In this document: one piece after another, positions 1-12,438 of the stretch
Position numbering within the stretch: position 1 is the stretch's first letter
Layout: each line of letters opens with the position of its first letter
Source: Cirrosporium novae-zelandiae
Taxonomy: Eukaryota
Reading direction: 5' to 3'
DNA: 38,914 nt
Assembly: GCA_026023565.1 (NCBI GenBank)
Contig: JAPETS010000017.1
Coordinates: forward strand, 620,001 to 658,914
The notes under the pieces: model-generated
What the model was told of the DNA's origin: nothing
The model's database searches: none
The model's input: the letters and a program-made list of their open reading frames with translations, nothing else
Position numbers and translations under genes: made by a program

Positions 1-1125
1 TTTAAAAAAATAAAAATCTAAATAAACGTTATTATTATAATAAATATACGAAAAATATAAAAATATTTACCGAAATATAAATATATTTCAATTTTATATA
101 ATAATTATATTTCCGATAATCCAGTTTAATTATATATATTAAATTTAATCTATTATTTTTATTATCCCGAATTATACGATAGATATATTTTTAATATTAA
201 TAGTATATTCGTTTACGGCTCGATTTAATAATATAATAAAAAAAATCAAAAAAATTATTAGAACGGCGAAATAAATCGTTATTTTTATTTTTAATAATAG
301 AATCAGTTTTTTTTTAAAAAATAATTGGCGTTTTATTTGCGACAGACCTACGAATAATAGAAAAACGGGGAATTATTTTTATAAAATAAAATACTAAAAA
401 ATAAAATAATAATTAAAAATAAAAAATAAAAAACGTAATTAAAAATTATAAATAAAATAAATATAAAATAAATAAAAAATTAAAAATTAAAAAAAATATA
501 AAAAAAAATTATAAAAAAAATTTATTATTTAAATATAAATAAAATATATAATAATAATATTAATATTATAATATATTAAATTATAAAATTTACGTTTTTT
601 ATAATATTTATTATTATTTAATTTATATTATTTATTAATATAATAATTTAATATTGTTATTATTATTATTTTTTTTTTTTTATTTTATTATTATAATTAT
701 ATATTAATATAATATCCAAAAATCTATATATTATAGATTCCATTTAATAAATTATGAATTTGGCTAGATTTTTTTATACGTATCGCAAGAAATAGTTTAT
801 CGTATATACAATAATAAAAATAATTATTCTATATAGAGATTTAAAATTAAATTTTTTTGGAAAAAAAATAATTATAACGGTGTATTAAATATATACGTTT
901 CGTAAACGTATAGACGAGATTTGGCGCGTAATCAAATCTTTATATAGAAGAACGCTGCTTAATTTATTAAAATAACGTTCGATTTTTATATTTATAAAAA
1001 AAATATTTCGAAAACTATTATTATTATTTACGTTTTGTATATAAATAGCACGTTATACCTATTAGTTATATATTCTATTGCCTCACTAGTCTACCACACT
1101 GCCTGTACTAAGCGCTGCCTTTACA
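1..1125 (+). mobile_element. 3' end of Ty3/Gypsy family A retrotransposon (3' internal region, PPT and 3' LTR); starts upstream of the window
   Basis: Colinear with ~19525-20644. A purine tract ggaaaaaaaataat (859-872) precedes the LTR, which ends ...agcgctgcctttaca at 1125. Confidence 0.88.
873..1125 (+). repeat. Family A LTR (3' LTR, ~253 bp)
   Basis: Matches 11305-11554, 20392-20644 and 30766-31015. Consensus termini are TGTGA...TCACA. Confidence 0.9.
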
Positions 1126-2523
1126 CTGTTTCTGGATCGTTTTTCCCCCCGTGTCCGGGTTCTATCTATTTTTAATCCAGGTACGTTTCACGATTTTTTA
1201 TTTCGTATCTAATCCAGTATTAGGGTTTTTTTATCTCCGTATCGCCTAAAAAACGTATCTAATTTTTAAAAAATTTTCGGTTTTTTAATACGAATACCAG
1301 CTTTTTTTTTTCGGCTATATTGGGTTATTGACCCCCCCGTTTTTCTATTACCCTCCGCAAACGGGCTCTAACCGCTCTCTAGCGCGGATATATTAATATT
1401 AAATAGGGTATATTTTGATATAAAATCTTATATTATTAATATTCCAGGATAATAATAATTTTCGTATAATATATATATTTTTTAATAACGGCGTATCCCG
1501 TTTTTATTTAATAGAATTTATTTATTAGTTTTTTAGGCGTATATTTTAATACCCGATTTTTTTTATATTTTAAATATATTCGATAAAATTTATTAAACGA
1601 TTTTTTTATTTTTTAATTATATAATTAATTATATATTTTTATAATCCGTTTTTCCGTTATATTACGGGTTATATAGATTAATAAAATTTATTCGATTATT
1701 TTATTATTTTTTAATATTATATTTATTTTAGCCGTTTAATTTATTATTTCGTTTTTTAATATTTTATAATATTTTAGAATTTATTAAATAACGATTTTCG
1801 TTTTTTAATTTATTAAATATTTAATATATTTATATATTTTTTATACGATTATTTAATTTTTTTTTAATTTTTTTTTTCGATCCGTTTAATAACCGTTTAC
1901 GAATTAAATAATATTATTATTTTTTTTTTAAAAATTTTATAATTATTTAGATATATTTTAATTATTATTTATAAAATCGTTTATATTTTTTAAAATTTTA
2001 TATCGAATATTTTTTTATTTTAATTTAAATAATATTTCCGTATTATTTATAAAAATTTTTCGATTATTTTTTAAATTATTCCCGTTTTTATTTTACGATT
2101 TTTTAATTGAAATCCGTTTAATTAATATATATTTTTTTAATTTTATATTAATATTTCGTTAAAAATCTATTATTTTAAAAATATTATTATTTTTTTTAAA
2201 AATCTATTTTTTTCGGTTATTTAAATTTTTTCGATTTTAAAATTCGGATTTATTATTTTTTAGATTATCGTTATAATTAAATATTAATTTAATATATTTT
2301 TTTTAATTTTTTAAATTTATTAAAAATTTTTTAATAATTATTTTTTTAATTAAATATTTATATTTTTTATTTTAAATATTATCGATAATATTAAATTTAT
2401 TAAATTTTTTTCGGTTTTTTAAAAATACCGAAATCTATATTTTTTTATATAATATTTAGTATTACGTCTGTGGGATATATATATATTTTCTGTATAACCG
2501 CTGCTATTAGGGTTGTTTTATAA
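1126..2523 (-). mobile_element. Tad1-like LINE, 3' part of ORF2 (degraded); cut near its stop codon by Gypsy A
   Basis: Reverse complement of ~13990-15350 and of 29721-30067. Colinear with ~24465-25820. Confidence 0.88.
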
Positions 2524-5500
2524 AAAACGCTTTTTAATGATCCCGCGCCACCAAATCAATTCACTACTATAACGACCGTTATACGAAGTATTTAATATTT
2601 ATTTAAGCTCCATAAAATTTAGTAATAACGGGGAAATATTAAGGGCTAAAAAAATATATACTATCAACGAGAATTAGATAAATACGAAAAAACGATAACG
2701 TTTAAAAAACGAATCGAACGAATCGGAATAAAATTTTATAATAAAAGTCAATAATTTAATATTACGATTTTTATTTTAAAAAAAAAATAATTAAACGAAA
2801 AAATATTATTAAAAAATTTTATAAAAAAAAAATAATTTTAAAAAAAAATGAATTAATAATTAAAATATTTTAGTCGAATAAACGATTAAATATATAATAA
2901 TACGTATATTTCTTATAATCGAAAAAAAAATATATTAAATGCTAAAAACCGATTATTTTACGATATAATTATAAAAAATATTTTTCGATTTAAAAACCCG
3001 AATAATCATTTTAAAAAAATGAAATAATAAAATTATAAAAATTTAAAAAAAAAATTAAAAAAAATTATATATAATTAAATAAAAATTTTTAATAATTAAA
3101 AAAATAATTATAATAATAATTTAAATATTATAAATTTAAATAAAAATTATAAAAATTATATATAACGGAACGGAAAATTTTATAAATAAAAATTATATAA
3201 TCCTAATAATTAAATCTAAATAAATAATAAAAATAAAAAAATAATATTTTTTTTAATAATATTTTAAACGGATATAATAATCGGATCGTAGATATTTAAT
3301 ACGCGGATAATAATATAAATAAATAAAAAAATCTAGAAAAATCTTTAATAAATAATAAAAATAATTAAACAGAAAATTCTACCGTTAATACCGAAAATCC
3401 CGAAATAGATTTTTATAATAATAACGCCGGAATCTACGGGATTTATTTATATTAAAATAACCAATAAAATAAGAAATAAATTTAATAAAAAATAATAAAT
3501 AATTAAACCCCGTAAAAAAAAACGTACTGGTTCCGTAAATAGGAATATAAAAACTAAAAATTAAAAAATACTGATTTTTAATAAAAAAAAACCCGAATAT
3601 TTAGATTTTACGATATTAATAATAACGGTGATTAACGTTAAATTAATTAATTTAAACGTACTATTTAAATTACGGATACGGGAAATCTATATTAATAAAA
3701 AAAATAATTTAAAAATTATATTTAATAAAAAAATTAATACGAATATATTAATATTTAAATATAAATAAAAAATTTTAAAAATTATAATAAAAATAAATAA
3801 CACGATAATAAATATATATTTATTAAAAATTTTATATTAAATAAAAATATAAAAAATATTTTTAAAAATATTTAAAAATTTAAATAAATTAAATTTAATA
3901 AAAAAAATCTAGAAAATATTTATTAATTATTCCGAAATACGGTAATTATATAAATAACGCCGGAAAGATATTATTAAAAATAAATACGAACCGGATTTAT
4001 ATTAAAAAAATATATTATTTCGATTAAAATAAAATTCCCGTTTATAATATACGAAAAATAAAAAATCGAAAATTATTATTTAATAAAATATAAATTTCGA
4101 TATATCCGATAATTTATATTAGAAATAAATAAAACGTATCTAAAATACGTTTAATTAAAATATAAATTATTTTTAGAATATAAAAATAGAACCTCTAAAT
4201 ATATTATATATACGGAAATATACGAAACGTAAAATTATTAATATCGGATAATAAAATATAAATCCGCGTATACGGAAATTTATATATATATTTTATTAAA
4301 ATATATAAATTATTTAAATCTTTATATAGTTACGGACGGAAAATATCTAATTATTCGAAAAACAAAAATAAAATATATAAAAAAAACGCCGAAAAAACGT
4401 TAGATAATTGTTCTATATATTCGTTTTTTTAAAAAAAAAATAAATCTATAGAATTTTAATTAAAAACCAAAAACCCCCGAATTAAAAATCTAAAAAAAAA
4501 CAAAAAAAAAACGTAAATAATATCTAAAATATCGATAATATTCAAAATATTAATAATATTTATATTATAAATAAATAATAATATATCCGAATTATAAATA
4601 AAAATATTATAATATAATTATTATAAAAAATACGATATAATAATTATAATTTTAAAATCGATTATATAAATCGGAATAAATATAATATTATTATAAAAAT
4701 CTAATTAAAAATTAAAAAAAAAAATATTATATTCGACGTAAAATTTTTATTAATCCGAATTAAAAATCTAAATAAAATATAAAATCGTAAAAACGGTTAT
4801 TATTATATATAAAAATCGAAAAAATATTATTTTTAAAATAATCGTAAAAATTAATATAATTAATTATTTTTATTTTATAATATTAAATATTAATATAATA
4901 AACGTAAATAAAAAAATAAAAAATCCGATTAAAATAATTAATATTTACGATTAAAAATTAAAAAATATATATTTCTAAAAATAAAATCGATAATAAAAAT
5001 CTAAAAAAATTTTATAAAATATAAAATAAAAATTTATTTTTAATAAAAATAAAATAATATTAATAAAAAATTTTAATATTTATAATTTAATATAAAAATT
5101 TAAATAAATTATTTATATAAATAATACGTTTTTAATAATATTTATAAAAAAATAAAATTTAATTATATAAAATAACGCCGTCTAGAATATTTAATTTAGA
5201 AAAAAATCGATTTATTATTTAATAATCGATCTGATAATAATTAATTTTATAATAAAATTATTTTAAAAATAATTTATAAATATAATAATCGATAAAATAA
5301 ATAATAAATTAAAAATTAATTTAAATTATATTTTTATTTAATTTAAATAAAAAAATTAACGTCTAAAAATAAATTAATTAATCCCGAATTTATAAAATTT
5401 AAGATCGCTAAAAAATTTTTAATAATAAATTAAAATAAAATAAAAATAAAAATTTTAATTAATTATAAAAAATATATTAATCGTAAATTATATAAAAACG

Positions 5501-6606
5501 TAATTAAAAAACGAAATATAAAAAATTATTATTTAATTAAAAATTATTCTAAATAAATACGTAAAATCTATATATCAATATATATTTAATCGAAAATTTA
5601 ATAAAACCCTAAATATATAATTAAAAAATACGAATATTATATAATATTTAAAAAAACGAAATAAAAATATGGAATTTATAAAAAAATTAAAATAATATTT
5701 AAAAAATTTATAAAATTAATTAAAATTAAAAAAAAAAAAAATAAATTAATTTTTTTTAAATATATATAAAAAAAAACGATTTAAATAAATTTTTAAATTC
5801 CAAAAATATTTAACGAAAATAAAAAATATTAAAATATTATAAATTTTAAAATTAAAATCTAATACTAGCGTTTTATATAAAAAACGGGAAAATAATAATA
5901 AAAATTAAAAATAAAAAATTTTTTATACGAAAATAAATATTTCTATTATTTTTAAAAAATCCCGAATTCTAATTTTTAATAAAAAAAATATTCGCCTAAT
6001 AATTATTTAAAAAAATAATACGGAAAATATTATATATATAAAATACGAATAAAATTCTAAAATAAAACGGAATTTAATTTAAAATATTCCGTATATTATA
6101 ATAATAAAATTTTAATAAAATAATAAAAATAATCCGGTATTATTTCCGATTAAAATATTATTTAATATAATAAAAATATATATAAAAAATATTATTATTT
6201 AAATCCGGAAAAATTAATAAAATATTAATTAAAAATTATAAAATAATAAATTTATTATATTATTTAAATAAAATAATCGAAAAAATAATAATTAACGCGT
6301 TAATAAATATATACGAAAATCTAAATAAATTATATAAAAATTAATTTAAATTAAAATATAATTAAAATATAATCGATATATTTATATATTTAATATATCG
6401 AATAAAAAAAATTTAATTAAAAATAAATAATTTATATTTTATTTATAAACGTTAAAAAAACGTTTAATTATATATTACGATTTAAATTAATATAACATTT
6501 AAAATAATTAGAAATCGACGGAAATATTATTAAATAAATAATTAATTTTATAATTCAACAAAATATCGAATTACTAATCGATAAAGAAATACAACCCCGA
6601 ATTAAT

Positions 6607-6732
6607 ATAGAAATAGGGGTACCGTAAAGATTATCCGTATTTTTAATATTATTTCTGATATATTACAGCGGGTTATTCGCAGCCGTAAAATAAACGATTT
6701 TTAGAATTAAAATTTTATTATTCGTGGACGAT
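6607..6732 (+). pseudogene. Non-LTR reverse transcriptase core remnant
   Basis: Translates IEIGVP*RLSVFLILFLIYYSGLFAAVK*TIFRIKILLFVDD, a RIP-mutated GVPQGSPVSPILF...FVDD. The same motif occurs at ~13500-13620 (+) and ~26300-26420 (-). Confidence 0.92.
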
Positions 6733-7340
6733 ATAAATTTCTCGATTATTTATATAAATAATAAATAAATATTAAATCGAAAATTAAAATTAATAATTAC
6801 CCGATTAAATATAAAACGGATTATATATAATAATTAAATATATAATTAAATCCGAAATTTAATTTCTAAATTTATTACGCCCAATATTTAATTAAAATCA
6901 GATATATAAAAAAAATAATTAAATATATTTATTACCGAAATAGATTATTTACGGAATTTATATATTAAATAATTATAATAATTCTAATATTAATTTATAT
7001 ATATAAATATAAAATCTAATAAAAAAAATAAATCGATTATTAAATAAAATTTTAAAAATTATTAAATAAATTTATTAAATTAATAATAAAAATTTATAAA
7101 ATAATTTTAATAATAATAATTATATAAAAAATTTATATATATTCTATAAATATAATATTAAATACCGCGGAAAAAAAATATAGATTTCGATATTTTTAAA
7201 AAATCGAAAAAAATTTGACGAATTTAATATTATCGATAATATTTAAAATGAAAACTATAAATATTTAATTAAAAAAATAATTATTAAAAAATTTTTAATA
7301 AATTTAAAAAATTAAAAAAAATATTTTAAATTAAAATTTA

Positions 7341-7540
7341 GAGAGGCTGGTCGGGTCTTTAGCCAGACCCAGCTTTTAGCCACGGGTTTGTGTGAGACCC
7401 CACCAAAAAATAAAAATGTTGAAATATTAATAATAAATTCAGTTTTAGGTAATTTTAGGTGGTTGTTTATAATATATATTGATTTTTAATAGAAATAATC
7501 ATATATTAAATTTTTATTTTAAAAATACTATTCTATTAGT
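7341..7540 (+). repeat. Left terminal inverted repeat of the TIR element
   Basis: Near-perfect reverse complement of 8001-8197, with a few mismatches and one indel toward the inner end. Confidence 0.9.
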
Positions 7541-8000
7541 CAAATAAAACAAATACAATTAAATATAAATAGTTGCCATACAAATTACTAATAAAATCAA
7601 AATATTGATATAATTAAATAATTTTTGTTATTTTTAATATTTTTAAAAAATTCTTTCATTTTTATAATCTATATATAATAGAAATTTTGGATTTAAAATT
7701 TTTTTAAAAATCTTTTTTATTTGCTTTAATTATTTAAGAATTTATATTTTACTATATAAAATTTTTATTAGAAAAAATATAAATCTTTAATAATTTTTTT
7801 ATTATTAAATATTTTGATTCGTAATTAAAAATATGAATTTTTTATAATATAACGTTTATAAATATAAAACGCTTTTTTAAAAATATTAAAAATAGTAAAA
7901 ATTATTATAATTATATCAAAAAAATCGATTTTTATTAATAATTTGTATGGTTTTTATAACACTATTATTTATATTATATTGAAAAATATATTTATACAAC

Positions 8001-8197
8001 CAATAAAATAGTATTTTTAGATTAAAATTTAATATATGATTATTTCTATTAAAAATCAATATATATTATAAACAACCACCTAAAATTACCTAAAACTGAA
8101 TTTATTATTAATATTTCAAAGTTTTTATTTTTTGGTGGGGTCTCACACAAGCCCGTGGCTAAAAGCTGGGTCTGGCTAAAGACCCGACCAGCCTCTC
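8001..8197 (-). repeat. Right terminal inverted repeat of the TIR element
   Basis: Reverse complement of 7341-7540. Confidence 0.9.
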
Positions 8198-8480
8198 TAA
8201 TTATAACGATAATTTAAAAAATAATAAATCTGAATTTTAAAATCAAAAAAATTTAAATAATCGAAAAAAATAATAATATTTTATAAATAATGATTAAAAT
8301 ATATTTAAATAATTATAAAATTTCCAGAAAAATAATAATAATATTATTTAATTTATAAATAATTATTAAACGGATCGAAAAAAAAAAATTAAAAAAAAAT
8401 TAAAAAAAAATTAAATAATTATATAAAAAATATATAAATATATTAAATATTTAATTAATTAAAAAACGAAAATTATTATT

Positions 8481-10692
8481 CCCTGTTTAGGCCCTTAATT
8501 CGGGCCAATAAAAATCTTATACCGGATATAATATTTATTTTTTTAATTTTTCGCTAAATTTCTATAATAATATTATATCCGTTCTAATTTATATAATTAA
8601 TTTCAGAATTATAATTATTATATTATAATATTTTTATTTATAATTCGAATATATTATTATTTATTTATAATATAAATATTACTAGTATTTTCGGTATTAT
8701 TAATATTTCGGATATTATTTACGTTTTTTTTTATTTTTTTTTAAATTTCTGATTCGGGGATTTTTGGTTTTTAATTAAAATTCTATAGATTGATTTTTTT
8801 TTAAACAAAATAAATACGTAAAATAATTATATAATATTTTTTTTTCATATATTCTATTTTTATTTTTCGTGTTATTAAATCTTTTCCGTCTGTAATTATA
8901 TAGGGGTTTAAATAGTTTATATATTTTAATAAACTATATATATAAACCCTTATATACGTAGACCTATATTTTATTATCCGATATCGGTGGTTTTATATTT
9001 CGTATATTTCCGCGTATATTATATATTTAAAAACTTTATTTTTATATTCTAAAAATAATTTATATTTTAATTAAACGTATTTTAAATACGTTTTATTTAT
9101 TTTTAACGTGAATTATCAGGTATATCGAAACCTATATTTTAGTAAATAATAATTTTCGGTTTTTTATTTTTTATATATTATAAATAGGAATTTTATTTTG
9201 ATTAAAATCATATATTTTTTTAATACGAGCCCGATTCGTATCTATTTTTAACGGTATTTCTCCAGTATTATTTATACGATCACCGTATTTCGGGATAATA
9301 AATAAATATTTTTTAAATTATTTTTTGTTAAATTTAATTTTTTTAAATTTTTAAATATTTTTAAAAATATTTTTTATATTTTTTATATTTTTATTTAATA
9401 TAAAATTTTTAATAAACGTATATTTATTATCGCGTTATTTATTTTCGTTACGATTTTTAGAATTTTTTATTTATATTTAAATATTAATATATTTATATTA
9501 ATTATTTTATCGAATATAATTTTTAGACTATTTTTTTTATTAATATAGATTTCCCGTATTTATAATTCAGGCAGTATATTTAAATTAATTAATTTAATAT
9601 TAATCGCCGTTATTATTAATACCGTAGAACCCGAATATTTAATTTTTCTTTTATTAAAAATTAATATTTTTTAATTTTTAGTTTTTATATTTTTATCTGC
9701 GGAATTAATACGTTTTTATTTATAAAATTTAATTATTTATTATTTATTATTAGATTTATCTATTATTTTATTAATTATTTTAATATAAATAAATCTCGTA
9801 AATTCCGGTCTTATATTTATAAAAACCTATTTTAGGGCTTTCGGTATTAATAATAGGACCTTTCATTTAATTATTTTTACCGTTTTTCAAAAGTTTTTCT
9901 AGTTTTTTTTATCCGTTTATATTATTGTCCGCGTATTAGATACCTACGATCCGGCTATTATATCTATTCGGGATATTATTAAAAAAAATATAATATTTTT
10001 TTTTTATTATTTATTCGGGCTTAATTACTAGGGTTATATAACCTTTATTTATAGAATTTTCCACCCCGCTATATATAATTTTTATCATTTTTATTTAAAT
10101 TTATAATATTTAGATTATTATTATAATTATTTTTTTAATTATTAAAAATTTTTATTTAATTATATATAATTTTTTTTAATTTCTTTTTTGAATTTTTATA
10201 ATTTTATTATTTCGTTTTTTTAGAACGATTATTCGGATTTTTAAATTAAAAAATATTTCCCGTAATAATATTATAAAATCGTTGGTTTTCAGAATTTAAT
10301 ATATTTTTTCCCCGATTATAAGAAATATATATATTATTATATATTTAATCGTTTATTTAATTAAAATATTCTATCTATTAATCTATTTTTTTTATAAGAT
10401 TTTTCGATGATATTTCCTCGTTTAATCGTTTTTTTTCTAGAATAAAAATCATAGTACCGAATCGCTAAATTTTATTATAAAATTTTATTCCGGTTTATTC
10501 GATTTATTTTTTAAATATTATTATTTTTTCGTATCCCTCTAATTCTCGCTAACGGTATATATTTTTTTAATCTCCGATATTTCTCCGCTGCTGCTAGGCT
10601 CTATAGGCCTTAAATAAATATTAAATATTTTGTATAACGGTCGTCACAGTAATGAATTGATTTAGTGGCGCGGGGTCACTAAAAAACGTTTC
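8481..10692 (-). mobile_element. Tad1-like LINE, 5' part (5' UTR, ORF1, start of ORF2)
   Basis: Reverse complement of 2524 to ~4780. The 5' end reads gaaacgttttttagtgaccccgcgccac on the minus strand from 10692. Confidence 0.88.
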
Positions 10693-11100
10693 AAAATAGA
10701 TTTATATAAAATCTATCACGGTAAAATATATAATAATACGTATCAAATTAAATATATTATTTATAAAATAAATTTATAAAATTTCAATAATAAAAATTTT
10801 CCGATTTTTTTTTTTAATATTTTAAATATTTTTTATAGTATTCTAATTTTTTTTAAATTTTTAAAATTTTTAATTTAATATTTAATTTAATTATCATAGG
10901 ATTTTTTTATTTTTTTTAATATAATTAATAAAAAAGATATTATTTATAATAAAAAATAAATTTTCTATAAAAACGTATATTTCTGATTTTAAATTATAAA
11001 ACGTATATTTCGTTTTGATTTTTATTAAACGCTTTAATTAAATATTTATTTTCGAAATATAGTTTCGGTCTGGTTTTTAGTCTAACTTTTTATTTATAAA

Positions 11101-11304
11101 AACGAATTAATAATTGATTTTAAATTATTTAATCGTATTTTTATCGAACGATTGAAATTCACGGTTTCTGAAATTATAGAAAGATTGTAGACTAAAGAAT
11201 ATTTTATAAAAGATTTTCGGTTATTAAACAAATATTATAGTACGATATTACAATATTCTCATTCAATAAACCAAGATTATTTTTTAATGATTAAATAGAA
11301 AAAT
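11101..11304 (+). pseudogene. RIP-degraded reading frame of unknown protein, 5' piece (split by Gypsy A)
   Basis: Frame reads NELIIDFKLFNRIFIERLKFTVSEIIERL*TKEYFIKDFRLLNKYYSTILQYSHSINQDYFLMIK*KN, with only TAG stops in 68 codons. No match to other repeats in the window. Confidence 0.45.
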
Positions 11305-11554
11305 TGTGACGGCGTGCCAAGCATATGCGCTTCGTAGGCGTATAGGCGAGATTTGGCCCGTGGCCAAACCTTTATATAGAAAAACGCTGCTTGATTTATT
11401 AAAATAGCGTTCGATTTTTATATTTATAAAAAAAATATTTCGAAAATTATTATTATTTATATTTTATATATAAATAATATATTATATTTATTAATTATAT
11501 ATTTTATTATTTTATTAATTTATTATATTATATATATTAAATATTATTTTTATA
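11305..11554 (+). repeat. Family A 5' LTR
   Basis: Begins tgtgacggcgtgccaagc. TATA-like tatataga at ~11373. RIP-mutated end ...ttttata at 11554. Confidence 0.88.
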
Positions 11555-12166
11555 ATAACCGAATATTAATTTTATTAATAAAAAACCGTTCGATAAAATA
11601 ATAAAAAATAATTAAATATTATTAATAATTATTTTTTATTTTTAAAAGAAATTATAAAATCGATTTTATTATAATTACGTATTATAACCGAAATTGAAAC
11701 GATATTTTTATATCGAAATAAAATATTAATCCGAGTAATTAAATCGGAATAAATAAAATTATTAATTATATTCTAAAAATTATTAATTATATAACCGGAA
11801 TTAATAATTATATAAAAAATTCGTATAAAAAAAATAAATACGTTAGAAATATTAAATATATTATCGATTTTAAATATAATACCCGAATAATTAAAATAAT
11901 AATATAATAAATTAATCGAAATATTAAAAATAAAACGTTTTAAAAATAAAATTTTTATAATATAATAATATATCGATCGTAACAATAATATTTAAAATAT
12001 ACGGGACGAAAATATTATTAATATATATAAATATTACAGTTTTATCGATAATATATAAAATACGGCTCGTTTAAATCCGTATAAGTCTAAAATACCGCTA
12101 ATATATAATAATAAAAATAAAAAAAAATTATATAATTATATATTAAATTAATAAATATATTTAAAT

Positions 12167-12438
12167 ACGGCCCCGTATCTGAATACTGATACGAAACGCG
12201 TGATACACGCAGCTACGTTCCTTATTGAATTGGTTCGTGAAAAATAGTATCGTCTCCCCAATAAAAATATAATTTAGGAAGAATATTTGCAGTGGGCTCG
12301 TAATATTATCAAAAACCCTACGAATCGTAAACTGAACGTAATTTTGAAATATAACGAAACGAAGCAATTTCCGAACCAGAATATTAAAAAGCTTATCAAT
12401 TATTTTAAAAAAATCAAGGAAAATATACTAATAAATAA
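12167..12438 (+). pseudogene. gag: Gypsy A gag remnant (least-mutated part)
   Basis: Reads TAPYLNTDTKRVIHAATFLIELVREK*YRLPNKNII*EEYLQWARNIIKNPTNR...QFPNQ, which resembles retrotransposon gag. It lies between the 5' LTR and pol and is homologous to ~21990-22260. Confidence 0.65.

Larger units (their letters stand above)
7341..8197. mobile_element. Non-autonomous DNA transposon (MITE/foldback-like), 857 bp, ~200 bp TIRs, TA target-site duplication
   Basis: Termini are gagaggctggtcgggtc... and ...gacccgaccagcctctc, flanked by TA at 7339-7340 and 8198-8199. The empty site atttaattata occurs in the LINE copy at ~14196-14206. Confidence 0.92.
2524..8480 (+). mobile_element. Tad1-like LINE with intact 5' end (ORF1, ORF2 through RT); 3' end deleted; interrupted by a TIR element
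   Basis: The 5' end aaaacgctttttaatgatcccgcgccacc coincides with the 5' end of the minus copy at 10692. RT motifs lie at 6607-6732. Colinear with 12439-14690 from ~5550 onward. Confidence 0.9.

Noticed and set aside
2524..10692. Giant TIR DNA transposon with 2.2 kb arms
   Set aside because: The arms are LINE 5' halves containing ORF1. There is no flanking TSD or transposase.
11773..11985. 70 aa minus-strand ORF
   Set aside because: I/F/Y/N-rich antisense frame of RIP-mutated Gypsy gag; a compositional artefact.
12161..12367. 68 aa minus-strand ORF
   Set aside because: Antisense to the gag remnant, with no independent support.
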